DNA from: Gammaproteobacteria bacterium
GTDB taxonomy: Bacteria > Pseudomonadota > Gammaproteobacteria > GCA-001735895
NCBI GenBank assembly: GCA_050298595.1
Contig: JBNKUM010000015.1
Coordinates: 1 to 39,520 of the forward strand
DNA length: 39,520 nucleotides
Direction of reading: 5' to 3'
Shown here piece by piece: positions 28,368-38,109 of the stretch (position 1 is its first letter; every line of letters starts with the position of its first letter). The position numbers and the translations under genes were made by a program. Under the pieces are notes generated by a model. It was given only the letters and a program-made list of their open reading frames with translations. It had not been told where the DNA came from and did not search any database.

Positions 28368-28999
28368 CCTAATATCAATCCGCCATTACCACTTTTAATA
28401 TTTAAAAATAGTTTACACACCATAAGAACGACCGCTATTGGCACACCAGAGACATACGACTAGTAATCTTGAATGACCACTATTATCCGATTCTGACTGC
28501 GTATCGACGTTTTATTTTGACTGTTTTCATGACCATCACAGGTTAAATATTTCACTATTTTCAGTGGGTCTCATGATCGCATATCACTGCTATATCACTG
28601 TTTTATTAACTAATTAATTCACTACAAAGGAATTTGACAAGCATTTAGTATCTTGTCTTTTGCATTACTCTTCATAAACTAATTTTTTGACACTTGATTT
28701 TAATTAATAGCAGACCGTGGAAAGTTTTTTAAAGAGTTGTATCCATGTGCAAGTTACTGGCTATACATGACCTGACCCTTTTATAACTCAACTTACCACG
28801 TGCCAAAGGTAATGCTATTAATAACCCATAGTGTGTAATAAAGAATAGTTAATTATTTCCGCTACATTCGATCTAAAGCGGAATAAGATATTTTCAGATG
28901 TGTTCCTGAAGTGGATTATTTAGTATAGAAGATTACCAGGTTTGGTATACCCGATTAAGGATCACTTACATTTTTAAAACAACAATAGGTGGTCTAGTT

Positions 29000-30223
29000 A
29001 TGAGAGCAGGAACGTTACTGAAAAAAAGTCTCTTGGTGCTTGCAGTTTTCTCCGCTTCCGTTGGTGTGGTATCTGCTGATGTACCCGCATTAACTGTTAG
29101 TGGTAATCAAATTTACAGCGGAGGTGAAATTGCAGGTTTAGCTGGTAATAGCTTCAATGCAATTAATACTGGATCGGGTCATGAAAAAATGTACAACGCC
29201 AGTGTCGTGAAATGGCTTAAAGATGATTGGAAAAGCAGGATTGTCAGGATTGTAGTGGATGTTGACGATAGCACCCCACTTGTACTTGACGCTAATAAAA
29301 CTTTTAAGCGAGCCCTGGCGGTTTTTAATGAAGCTGTTGCCAATGACATGTACGTGATTGTCGATTTTCATACGCATCATGCTGAAAATAAAAAAAACGA
29401 AGCGAAACAGTTATTTGAATATGTGGCAGAGTATTACAGCAGCTATAACAATGTTATTTATGAAATATATAACGAACCACTAAACGTTAGCTGGGATAAT
29501 GTAATCAAGCCCTATGCGGAGGATGTAATTTCTACCATCCGCTCAATGGATCAAAATAATTTGATCATTGTTGGTACACCTAACTTGTCGCAGGACGTCG
29601 ATATTGCTTCCCTAAATCCAATCATGGGTGAAAATATTGCTTACGCACTTCATTTTGATGCGGGTACTCATGGGCAAAGCCTTCGTGATAAGGCGTTGAC
29701 GGCAATGAACAATGGTATCCCACTGATAGTAACGGAGTGGAGCTGCGTTAATCAAAATGGTGGTGGCGAAGTGAACCAAGCCAGTTGCAATGAATGGATG
29801 GCCTTTTTAAAAGAACACAATCTAACTCATCTAAATATGGCTGTGAGTAACAAAAATGAAGGCACTTCAATCATAAAGCCCGGTGTAAGCCCAAATGGAA
29901 ACTGGACAGCATCTGATTTAACTGCTTCAGGCACTTATGCAAAAAATGTTATCTCAAATTGGAGTACGTATCACGTTGATCCAGTAACTCCAGTTGATAA
30001 CCCAGTTGTTGATCCAGTTGACGACCCAGTTAATGACCCAGTTAATGACCCAGTTGTTGATCCAGTTGATAACCCAGTTGATAGCCCAGTTGATAACCCA
30101 GTTGATGACCCAGTTGTTGATCAAGCCGATCCTAATGTTAATAATGTTTTCACTATTATCACAGAGCTGGTTGATCAGGTTATTCAATGGGTAAGTAAAA
30201 TTAATTGGTCCAAATGGTTTTAA
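29000..30223 (+). CDS. Secreted GH5 (subfamily 2-like) endoglucanase homologue
   Basis: Signal peptide; VKWLKDDW, YVIVDFH, YEIYNEP (acid/base Glu), IIVGTP, IVTEW (nucleophile Glu), LTASG; Pro/Val/Asp linker. Confidence 0.9.
   Translation: MRAGTLLKKSLLVLAVFSASVGVVSADVPALTVSGNQIYSGGEIAGLAGNSFNAINTGSGHEKMYNASVVKWLKDDWKSRIVRIVVDVDDSTPLVLDANKTFKRALAVFNEAVANDMYVIVDFHTHHAENKKNEAKQLFEYVAEYYSSYNNVIYEIYNEPLNVSWDNVIKPYAEDVISTIRSMDQNNLIIVGTPNLSQDVDIASLNPIMGENIAYALHFDAGTHGQSLRDKALTAMNNGIPLIVTEWSCVNQNGGGEVNQASCNEWMAFLKEHNLTHLNMAVSNKNEGTSIIKPGVSPNGNWTASDLTASGTYAKNVISNWSTYHVDPVTPVDNPVVDPVDDPVNDPVNDPVVDPVDNPVDSPVDNPVDDPVVDQADPNVNNVFTIITELVDQVIQWVSKINWSKWF
29990..30121 (+). repeat. 12-bp tandem repeat encoding (PVxx)x11
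   Basis: CCAGTTGATAAC / CCAGTTGTTGAT / CCAGTTAATGAC variants. Confidence 0.93.
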
Positions 30224-30469
30224 ATGATTTGATTAACCAAGGCAGTCCGGTTGACCCTGATTCACGTGTCAATCAACTTGAATCAGAGTTTTCAGGAAAA
30301 TTATTGGGGTCTTACTTTCCATAAAGCCCAGGTAAAAATTCGCCCCATTTTTTAGATAACTACGACAATAAAAACGTTCGAGTAAACTCCCCTCGGCAAA
30401 TCCAGGGGATTTGGAATTTAGAGAATCAAAAAATCCTGGAATCAAGGAATAGAGGTATTACACACTATC

Positions 30470-30790
30470 CTTTAATGTTGCCTAGTATCGACCTCCCCAT
30501 AGGCTGCCGGTTCGCTTATAGATATAGTTAGTGTATTAAACATAATAACTCCCCAATATTTGCATCACTTTTCCGATACCATTTTCAGTGTGCAGTGTAA
30601 CGAGTATATGCACTCGATTTGTCATCAGTGTATCAGCATGAATATCACAATAATGTTTGTTTTCCGAATCGGTAAGCTTTTCCAGATACAACTGATAGCC
30701 ACCTTCTTCCCTAAAGATTTCCTGAAGGTTATTTCCACGCTGGATAATACTTGCCTAGCGGCCTGGTATCCAGGCTTACAGTCGAGGTAG
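30470..30790 (-). pseudogene. Decayed RAYT/Y1 transposase fragment (second type)
   Basis: Minus strand gives LPRL...IIQRGNNLQEIF...LYLEKL...DIHADTLMTNRVHILVT, then after a frameshift YKRTGSLWGGRY*ATL; several stops. Confidence 0.8.
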
Positions 30791-30791
30791 A

Positions 30792-31150
30792 GGCTCTTCA
30801 GAAACCGGTAACTTTAACAGGTACAAATGATGATAGCGCTACAGGCACTGAACTTGCGGGAAAAACTTTTAATATTGTACTGATTGTAGCTCACTGATTG
30901 CTGAACCAATTTCCCTTCTATTTCTACGACTGATGACAATAGTAGCAGTAACAACTCTGTGGTGATTTTTTCAGAAACTTTTCAAAATTCTAACGTTAAT
31001 TTACAGTCTGCAAATTTGGATAACTTCCTTAACTATAACTAAAATACGACCTATGTAGTTGATGGCGAAACCTATGCATTAGTCGATAATAGTATTGCTT
31101 ACAGCGGTAATAACTCTATACATTTTAAAGATAGTCTGGCACAGATAGTG
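30792..31150 (+). pseudogene. Relic paralogue of the N-terminal cytochrome c/Cip1-like part of gene 15681-19388
   Basis: 30962-31150 translates VIFSETF...DNFLNYN*NT...YALVD...AYSG..SIHFKDSLAQIV, an ungapped match to the intact protein (35 of 63 identical by hand count). CSSLIA at 30885-30902 also matches. Confidence 0.85.
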
Positions 31151-31299
31151 TTCAAGCAATCCGTTAATAGCCAACACCTGTATCTGTGCGCATTTGTCCG
31201 GATGAGCAAGCAAATGCAGAAGAGTTCAATATCAAGCTTCACTGCAATAGCTCAGCTACCTTTTTTAGGAGAGGTGGCAATTGAAAAGCAGATAACATC

Positions 31300-32880
31300 T
31301 TATTGCCTGTTTTGATTGAAATAATATTCCAGGTACCTATCAAAACTTACATCGTCTTCACTTTCCATCTGAAGTTGCTTCTGTATTGACTCGTCCGCCA
31401 TTTTTTTGAAAAAACTGACTTTTTCATCTGGTAAAACAGTATTTTTATAATACTGATAATGATGATGAGACATTCGCTTGGCATGTTGATAAAAACTCTC
31501 TCCACGTTCTCTCATATCCGCCAGCATCCTGGCCGAAGGTGTTAAATCCGGGTCATAAATAGCGGCAATCTGAGACTTTACACTGGAGAAGTAGTTTTCA
31601 CTATAATGTGCGCTATCCAGCAGGCTTGCGACTGCTTTCATTTCCTTGCATAGCTCGCCAGCCCATACCTGAAGTTTAATTTTTTCATCGCCACGTCCCA
31701 GACGTAAGCCCGCTTGTCTTCCCTTATGGGCAACCAGCAGAAGATTCTCATCGATGGCAAAAATTTCGCTTTTAGTTAAAACTGGGCTCTCATGAAGCAG
31801 GCAAAAAAGCATGAACACCTCCAGAAAATAAAGTTGTTCAGAATTGATTCCATGCGGGTCAAAAGCGTTCACATCTAGCGAACGCAACTCAAGATAGGCT
31901 ATGCCTCTTTTATGCAGGGCAAGGGATGGCATTTCATTGGCCTGCAATATTTGCTTAGGCCGGACTGAACTGTAATATTCATTTTCTATTTGAAGAATAT
32001 TGGCATTAAGCTGTTGATATTCTCCATCGACTTTAACGCCAAATGCTTCATAGCCGGAATACGGGGTATTAATCGCACACTGCAGACTTTTTACATAGGC
32101 ATCCAGTGTGTCATAATTGGCCTTAATACCGGTCAATTCCTCTTTATTATTTTGATAGCCTATATCACCTAGTCGTAATGATGTCGCGTAAGGCTCGTAA
32201 TAAGTATTACTGTCAAATTCCTGTAACAGGCTTTTCTTACCATGCAGGAATGATTTGCAAACCGCTGGAGATGCCCCAAATAAATAAGGCACTAACCAAC
32301 CGTACCTGAGCAGGTTACGAACTGCCCCCATATATTGCTTTGAAATAAAATCCTGCAATTCATCTGAATTATTGTTGAGTGATTGATATAGCTGCCAGAA
32401 TTCATTCGAAAATGAATAGTTAAAATGAACACCTGCAATAACCTGCATTGAACGCCCATAACGCAGGCCTAATCCACGACGATAAACTGTCTTCATCTGA
32501 GCAGCATTTGAATAACCGTATTGCGCTAATGGAATATCAGCATCTCCATCACAAACACAGGGCATACTGGTTGCCCATAAAATTTCATTGTCCAGGTTCT
32601 GGTATATAAAATTCTGGATATCATCCAGGGACTGGATAACCTCGGTCACCGAATTACAGGGTGGGGTAATCATTTCTGTGAGTGCTTCAGAAAAATCTGT
32701 GGTGATTTGCGAGTGAGTGAGCGCAGCCCCCCAGGCCTTAGGGTGTGGCATTTGCGAAATATGACCATCCGGAGTGACTCGCAGACTTTCTTTTTCCAGT
32801 CCTATTTTTGAAGATGATAAAGCCTCTTCAAAGTTAGAAGCAGTCAGCAGCGATAATCGTCTTTTTAATAATTCATACAT
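31300..32880 (-). CDS. gshA: Glutamate--cysteine ligase
   Basis: GLEKESLRV, HSQITTDFSE, SMPC, YRRGLGLRYGRSMQVIAGVHFNYS, ATSLRL, LQIENEYYSSVRPK, YLELRSLDVN. Start at 32880 or 32892. Confidence 0.96.
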   Translation of the reverse strand: MYELLKRRLSLLTASNFEEALSSSKIGLEKESLRVTPDGHISQMPHPKAWGAALTHSQITTDFSEALTEMITPPCNSVTEVIQSLDDIQNFIYQNLDNEILWATSMPCVCDGDADIPLAQYGYSNAAQMKTVYRRGLGLRYGRSMQVIAGVHFNYSFSNEFWQLYQSLNNNSDELQDFISKQYMGAVRNLLRYGWLVPYLFGASPAVCKSFLHGKKSLLQEFDSNTYYEPYATSLRLGDIGYQNNKEELTGIKANYDTLDAYVKSLQCAINTPYSGYEAFGVKVDGEYQQLNANILQIENEYYSSVRPKQILQANEMPSLALHKRGIAYLELRSLDVNAFDPHGINSEQLYFLEVFMLFCLLHESPVLTKSEIFAIDENLLLVAHKGRQAGLRLGRGDEKIKLQVWAGELCKEMKAVASLLDSAHYSENYFSSVKSQIAAIYDPDLTPSARMLADMRERGESFYQHAKRMSHHHYQYYKNTVLPDEKVSFFKKMADESIQKQLQMESEDDVSFDRYLEYYFNQNRQ

Positions 32881-33149
32881 AGTTAAGTTCACTAACAGTT
32901 AAAATACAACGCCAGTACAGATAGGGAACTTCTGATTACTTCAGAGCTTCCTTAGATATAAAGGTTCACATATACAGCACAGGCCAGCATTACCAGAAGA
33001 GTAACATTTTAACCTTTACTGTTTGTTTCTTTTTTAAGACACCCTGTTCATTGCGATAACAATTCCCATATTGCTATCCCGTTAGACTTATATTGGTAGG
33101 CTAGAGTCAATTATCAATGTACATAGATGAATATTTCACACGTATTGGC

Positions 33150-33273
33150 TAGGCCCTGTTAAGAATGGCACTTACCTTAGCCCAACGCTAAAAGAATTCG
33201 TCCTCGTAATGACAATGCATCAAGTCTTAAGTAAGTGCCATTCGGGCCTGTTAACACGTGTTAACAGGCCCTA
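33150..33273. mobile_element. Composite MITE-like repeat remnants
   Basis: GAATGGCACTTAC (33163-33175) / GTAAGTGCCATTC (33231-33243) inverted pair, plus the perfect 28-bp palindrome GGGCCTGTTAACACGTGTTAACAGGCCC (33244-33271) and a partial copy at 33150-33162. Confidence 0.6.
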
Positions 33274-34182
33274 AGGAATCTCTTCCCTTACCCTGGCCTG
33301 ATAGTTTTTGGGTGACAGACCCGTTTTCTCCTTAAAAAAGCGACTGAAATAACTCGGATCATTAAACCCCAGTTGGTAGGCGACCTCTGCAATAGGCATG
33401 ACTGTGTAGGCAAAACAGCGTTTGGCCTCCTGTATGATGCGATCATGAATGACATCCAGCGCCGATTTATCTGCTACTTCTCGACAGATACGGTTTAAAT
33501 GGGTTCCTGATATGCGCAAACGGGCAGCATATTCGGCGATGGTTAATTTTTGCGCAAGGTGCTGGCCAATCTGATTCTGGAACTGCCGGTAATACCAGGA
33601 AGCAGGACTATTCACTCCCCAGTTTTGCTCCTTCTGCTGTTCGTAATCGTGATAACGCAATAGTTTACCAATCACGATGCCAACCAGGCTCTGGATGGTA
33701 AGATTACGCGCCAGCTGTCTCTCATTGTATTCAGTTTTGATCTGTACAAATAGATTATCCAGCTGATTCAAAAAGTCTTCATGCTCAGACCCATTGATCA
33801 GCATCGGCCTGTTCAATAAATCTATCGCGGCTGGAGACGGAGCAATCAACGTTTTCATGTAATCTGCAGACAATGTTATAACTTCGCCTTCAAGATCACG
33901 TGATATATCAAATGAGTGCACTGAGGTCGGCGGAATATGCAAAAACACCGGAGCCTTGAAGTGATATTCCAGCTCTTCCAGCGTCAGCACACCTCCTCCC
34001 TGTCGAAACAGAACCAGTTGGAACAAATCATCATGCCGATGCGGATCCACCTTCCAGTTGTGTTGCCGCATGGATATGGTCACATCGTCAACATGAACCG
34101 GTTCGAAGGTCAGATCGGTATCAGGATCATGATCCCGATACAGCCTGTAGTTTGGAATGGCTCTCTTCATATCGTCTTGCAC
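33271..34182 (-). CDS. AraC-family regulator (PobR-like), divergent from ligAB
   Basis: Cupin PHRHDDLFQ, HLNRICR, EAKR, IAEVAYQLGFNDPSYFSRFFK. The start may be 34170. Confidence 0.92.
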   Translation of the reverse strand: MQDDMKRAIPNYRLYRDHDPDTDLTFEPVHVDDVTISMRQHNWKVDPHRHDDLFQLVLFRQGGGVLTLEELEYHFKAPVFLHIPPTSVHSFDISRDLEGEVITLSADYMKTLIAPSPAAIDLLNRPMLINGSEHEDFLNQLDNLFVQIKTEYNERQLARNLTIQSLVGIVIGKLLRYHDYEQQKEQNWGVNSPASWYYRQFQNQIGQHLAQKLTIAEYAARLRISGTHLNRICREVADKSALDVIHDRIIQEAKRCFAYTVMPIAEVAYQLGFNDPSYFSRFFKEKTGLSPKNYQARVREEIP

Positions 34183-34402
34183 TCACGCTTTATCTGACTT
34201 GTGCATACTTGCACAATCCGCACACTTTTTCTGTCCATGTTCGAATATTACCATTTTTATCGTGATTTTCTCATTCACCACAATCCTTCTTGCCCATAAA
34301 GTACAGACACTGATGAAGGCTTAAGCTCGATTCAAAAGGGTATTGCGAGATAAACGACAATGCAATTACTCATTAAAGTATAACTTTCGGGAGAAATGAA
34401 AT

Positions 34403-34753
34403 ATGACATTAAGGCATGAGAACCCTATTCCGGGCACGACCATGTTCGATGGTGATATGGCGATAAAAGGCTATGCATTGAACAAGATGTGCTACTCATT
34501 CAACAGTGCTGCAGCACGCGCTGAATTCCTAGCAGACGAAGAAGCCTACATGGAAAAATTCGGCCTCAATGACCAGCACAAAGATGCCATTCGTAACAAG
34601 ATAGTGCTGGACCTGATCGCAGCAGGCGGCAACATTTATTACCTGGCAAAATTTGCCGGTATATTTGGCCTGAATGTACAGGATGTAGGTGCGCAGCAAA
34701 CTGGCATGACGGTTGAAGCATTTAAACAGAAACTGCTAGCGGCAGGAGAATAA
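34403..34753 (+). CDS. ligA: Protocatechuate 4,5-dioxygenase-like alpha subunit
   Basis: IPGTTMFDG, KGYALNKMCYS, GGNIYYLAK; GGAGA RBS. Confidence 0.88.
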   Translation: MTLRHENPIPGTTMFDGDMAIKGYALNKMCYSFNSAAARAEFLADEEAYMEKFGLNDQHKDAIRNKIVLDLIAAGGNIYYLAKFAGIFGLNVQDVGAQQTGMTVEAFKQKLLAAGE

Positions 34754-34756
34754 ACA

Positions 34757-35596
34757 ATGGCAAAAATAGTCGGTGGATTGACCACATCACATATTCCAGC
34801 AGTCGGCAGCGCTATCGCCAATAAACTTTTCGACGATCCCTACTGGAAGCCTTTTTTCGACGCCTACCCTGCTGCGCAGGAATGGCTGGATGAAGTTAAA
34901 CCAGACATCGCTATCGTGGTATATAACGATCACGGTCTGAATTTCTTCCTGGATAAAATGCCAACATTCTCTATGGGTGCTGCAGCTCAGTACCATAATC
35001 AGGATGAAGGTTGGGGTATTCCTCAGATCGCGCCTTTCGAAGGTGATCAAAAATTCTCATGGCACTTGATCAACTCACTGGTAAATGATGAATTCGATAT
35101 GTGTAGCTGCCAGGAAATGGATGTAGACCATGGCTTTACCGTCCCCATGCAACTATTCTGGCCCGAGTATGAAAAAAGCGGCATCAAAACCGTACCTCTG
35201 TGTGTCAACACAGTTCAGCACCCCATCGCATCTCCTGCGCGTTGTCTGAAACTGGGTCGCGCACTGGGCAAGGCGATTGAATCCTACCCTGAAGATGTCA
35301 GGGTCGTGATCATTGGCACGGGTGGATTATCTCATCAGCTTGACGGAGAACGCGCTGGTTTCATCAACAAGGAATTTGACCTGATGTGCATGGACAAGAT
35401 TGTCTCTGACCCTGATTACTTCAATGACATGTCTATGCATGAGCTGATCGAAGAAGCAGGCGCACAGGGCGCGGAATTTATCCTGTGGCTGATCATGCGT
35501 GGCGCCCTAACCGGTGATGTGAGCAAGGTCCACAGTAATTACCACATCCCCATCTCTAACACAGGTGCGGGCATGATGGTGCTGGCGAACGATTAG
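34757..35596 (+). CDS. ligB: Class III extradiol dioxygenase beta subunit (protocatechuate 4,5-dioxygenase-like)
   Basis: TSHIP, YNDH, DEGWG, VDHG, GTGGLSHQL, EFILWLIMRGAL, YHIPISNT. Confidence 0.88.
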   Translation: MAKIVGGLTTSHIPAVGSAIANKLFDDPYWKPFFDAYPAAQEWLDEVKPDIAIVVYNDHGLNFFLDKMPTFSMGAAAQYHNQDEGWGIPQIAPFEGDQKFSWHLINSLVNDEFDMCSCQEMDVDHGFTVPMQLFWPEYEKSGIKTVPLCVNTVQHPIASPARCLKLGRALGKAIESYPEDVRVVIIGTGGLSHQLDGERAGFINKEFDLMCMDKIVSDPDYFNDMSMHELIEEAGAQGAEFILWLIMRGALTGDVSKVHSNYHIPISNTGAGMMVLAND

Positions 35597-35600
35597 TATC

Positions 35601-35632
35601 AAAAAAACCGGGGTTGCAATAACCCCGGTTTT
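35601..35632 (+). terminator. Rho-independent terminator after ligB
   Basis: AAAACCGGGGTT-gcaat-AACCCCGGTTTT just after the stop codon. Confidence 0.8.
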
Positions 35633-35669
35633 GCCTTCGAAGGTGAAACCTGTCCCACCAGTTATGTGA

Positions 35670-35792
35670 AACCACGAAGATCACGAAGGCATAAAGAAAT
35701 TAATCTCTGTGTTCTCAGTGTACTCTGTGGTGACATGCTTTAAGGTTTTACTCATAGCATTCCTTTAGAAAACCTTCGTGTTCTTCGTGGTT
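35670..35792. repeat. Intergenic inverted-repeat element
   Basis: AACCACGAAGATCACGAAGG / CCTTCGTGTTCTTCGTGGTT (19 of 20 match) enclosing CTCTGTGTTCTCAGTGTACTCTGTGG. Confidence 0.7.
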
Positions 35793-35954
35793 AAAATAAA
35801 CTATTTGCTAACCTGCACTCGAAGTGCAGATTAATTTGATCTTACTGAGCTTAATTTCCACGATTATTGAACAAATAAGCTACTGAATTCTTGAAATTAA
35901 GATGCTATTTTTAGCTCAAACTTAAATCAACCAGAATCACAGCAGAGAACTCAG

Positions 35955-37739
35955 ATGCCGAATTACACCCCGCCATTACGCGACATGCTTTTTTTATACA
36001 ACGAAGTGCTGCATGGCAAATACCTGCAATCCCTGCCTGGCTTTGAAGAAGTCGATGCCGAAACCGTAGAAGCAATTCTTGAGGAAGCCGGTAAATTCTG
36101 CGTGCATGAATTATTGCCGTTAAATCGTAACGGTGATGAAGAAGGCTGTCACTGGGACGATGGTAAGGTCACGACTCCAAAAGGGTTTAAGGAAGCTTAT
36201 CAGCTGTATACCGAATCTGGCTGGGGTTCGCTGGCGATGGACCCGGTGTTTGGTGGACAGGGATTACCCAAAACGCTGCACCTGATGATTGACGAAATGG
36301 TGTGCTCCAGCAATCTCTCATTCAGCCTGTACCCAGGGCTCACCAACGGCGCTTATGCAGCACTGATGGACTACGCCAGCGACGAAATCAAACGGCGTTT
36401 TGTACCCAAAATGGCCGAAGGCAGCTGGTCCGCCACTATGTGTCTGACTGAACCCCATTGCGGCACCGATCTGGGACTGTTACGCAGCAAAGCCCTGCAA
36501 CAGGATGATGGTAGTTATCTGATCAGCGGTACCAAGATTTTCATTACCGCCGGTGAACATGACCTGACTGACAATATACTGCATCTGGTACTGGCAAGAA
36601 CCCCGGACGCTCCCGCAGGAACCAAAGGTATCAGCCTGTTCATCGTGCCTAAATTCAGGGTCAATACCGATGGCTCTCTGGGCGCAGCCAATGGAGTCAG
36701 CTGTGGCTCGCTGGAGCATAAGATGGGCATCAAAGGATCTGCTACCTGCGTGATGAACTTCGATGACGCTCAGGGCTTTCTGATCGGCGAGTTGAACAAA
36801 GGTATGCGAGGCATGTTTAAAATGATGAATACCGAGCGTGTCGCGATGGGCATACAGGGTATAGGCGTAAGCGAAGCATCCTATCAGGGTGCAGTTGAAT
36901 ACGCGAAGGAACGCATTCAGGGGCGTTCACTTACGGGTGCAAAGCAACCCGAGCAGGCAGCTGATCCATTAACCGTACACCCCGATGTACGCCGCATGCT
37001 GCTTACTATGCGCGCGAATACCGAAGGCTCTCGAGCACTGGCAATCTGGCTCGGCATGCTTCTCGACAAGTCAGCACACGAAACCGACCCCATGAATAAA
37101 CAGCAGGCCGAAGACCTGATTGCGCTACTCACCCCCATAGCCAAGGCTTACCTGACCGATCTCGGATTTGAATCCACCGTACTTGGGCAGCAGGTTTTTG
37201 GTGGGCATGGATATATCCGCGAACATGGTATGGAGCAACTGGTACGCGACGCACGCATTGCACAAATCTATGAAGGGACCAACGGGGTGCAGGCGATGGA
37301 CCTGGTGGGTCGTAAATTAAACGCTGAAAATGGACGCTATCTAAACACATACCTCGAGATAATCTCGGGATATCTCGCTGAAAACGAAAACGATGCTGCT
37401 TTGCAGGAATTTATTCAACCGCTTGCCGAAGCCCTGTCACATCTACAGCAGGCAACCGACTGGTTAGCCAGGGCTGCCCGCAGCAATATGGATGAAGTGG
37501 GTGCCGCCGCTTATGATTATCTACGACTAGCCGGGCTAGTCACACTCGCATTCATGTGGGCTCAGATGGCACAGACTGCGTTGACCGCTAGCCAGCATTC
37601 CGATGAACTGTTTTATAAAAGCAAATTGAAAACAGCGCGCTTCTTTATGCAGCGACTGCTGCCGCAAACGGCCAGTTTAAATACCACCATACAATCTGGC
37701 GCTGCATTGTTGATGGATTTTGAAGATGATGAATTTTAA
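35955..37739 (+). CDS. Acyl-CoA dehydrogenase (~600-aa, DmdC-like family)
   Basis: YTPPLRDM, GGQGLP, TMCLTEPHCGTDL, GTKIFITAGEHD, EHKMGIKGSAT, QVFGGHGY, IYEGTNGVQA. Confidence 0.95.
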   Translation: MPNYTPPLRDMLFLYNEVLHGKYLQSLPGFEEVDAETVEAILEEAGKFCVHELLPLNRNGDEEGCHWDDGKVTTPKGFKEAYQLYTESGWGSLAMDPVFGGQGLPKTLHLMIDEMVCSSNLSFSLYPGLTNGAYAALMDYASDEIKRRFVPKMAEGSWSATMCLTEPHCGTDLGLLRSKALQQDDGSYLISGTKIFITAGEHDLTDNILHLVLARTPDAPAGTKGISLFIVPKFRVNTDGSLGAANGVSCGSLEHKMGIKGSATCVMNFDDAQGFLIGELNKGMRGMFKMMNTERVAMGIQGIGVSEASYQGAVEYAKERIQGRSLTGAKQPEQAADPLTVHPDVRRMLLTMRANTEGSRALAIWLGMLLDKSAHETDPMNKQQAEDLIALLTPIAKAYLTDLGFESTVLGQQVFGGHGYIREHGMEQLVRDARIAQIYEGTNGVQAMDLVGRKLNAENGRYLNTYLEIISGYLAENENDAALQEFIQPLAEALSHLQQATDWLARAARSNMDEVGAAAYDYLRLAGLVTLAFMWAQMAQTALTASQHSDELFYKSKLKTARFFMQRLLPQTASLNTTIQSGAALLMDFEDDEF

Positions 37740-38109
37740 TAGTAACGAATCGTAACAGGATATAACTTCAGGTAAATACTGCACTAGAGATTATCTAGCA
37801 TGAAGATACCCCACACTCGCATCTGACAATTAACCGTTAGAAATCTTACCATTGTTGATCTATCCGCTCGAAAGATCGGTAGCTTTAACGCAGTCGTTGT
37901 TCATCACTTTGGCTTAATATTGTTAACCACACTTTTTTTTGGGTCTTAATCACGGATTCATCATTTATATTTACAAATCAGACTGTTTTGAGACCCTGAG
38001 TGAGTTATAAACACTTAAATAAAAATAGAATTTTGTCACAATAACAATTATCGATTTTGACTATAAAAATACTTTATAGTCGAGAATCTTGATAGAGAAG
38101 TTTTACATC

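Noticed and set aside
29954-30194. ORFs (INWV)n and (TQLM)n
   Set aside because: They are other frames of the GH5 12-bp repeat.
30560-30790. 76-aa plus-strand ORF
   Set aside because: It is antisense to the decayed RAYT, which explains the sequence.
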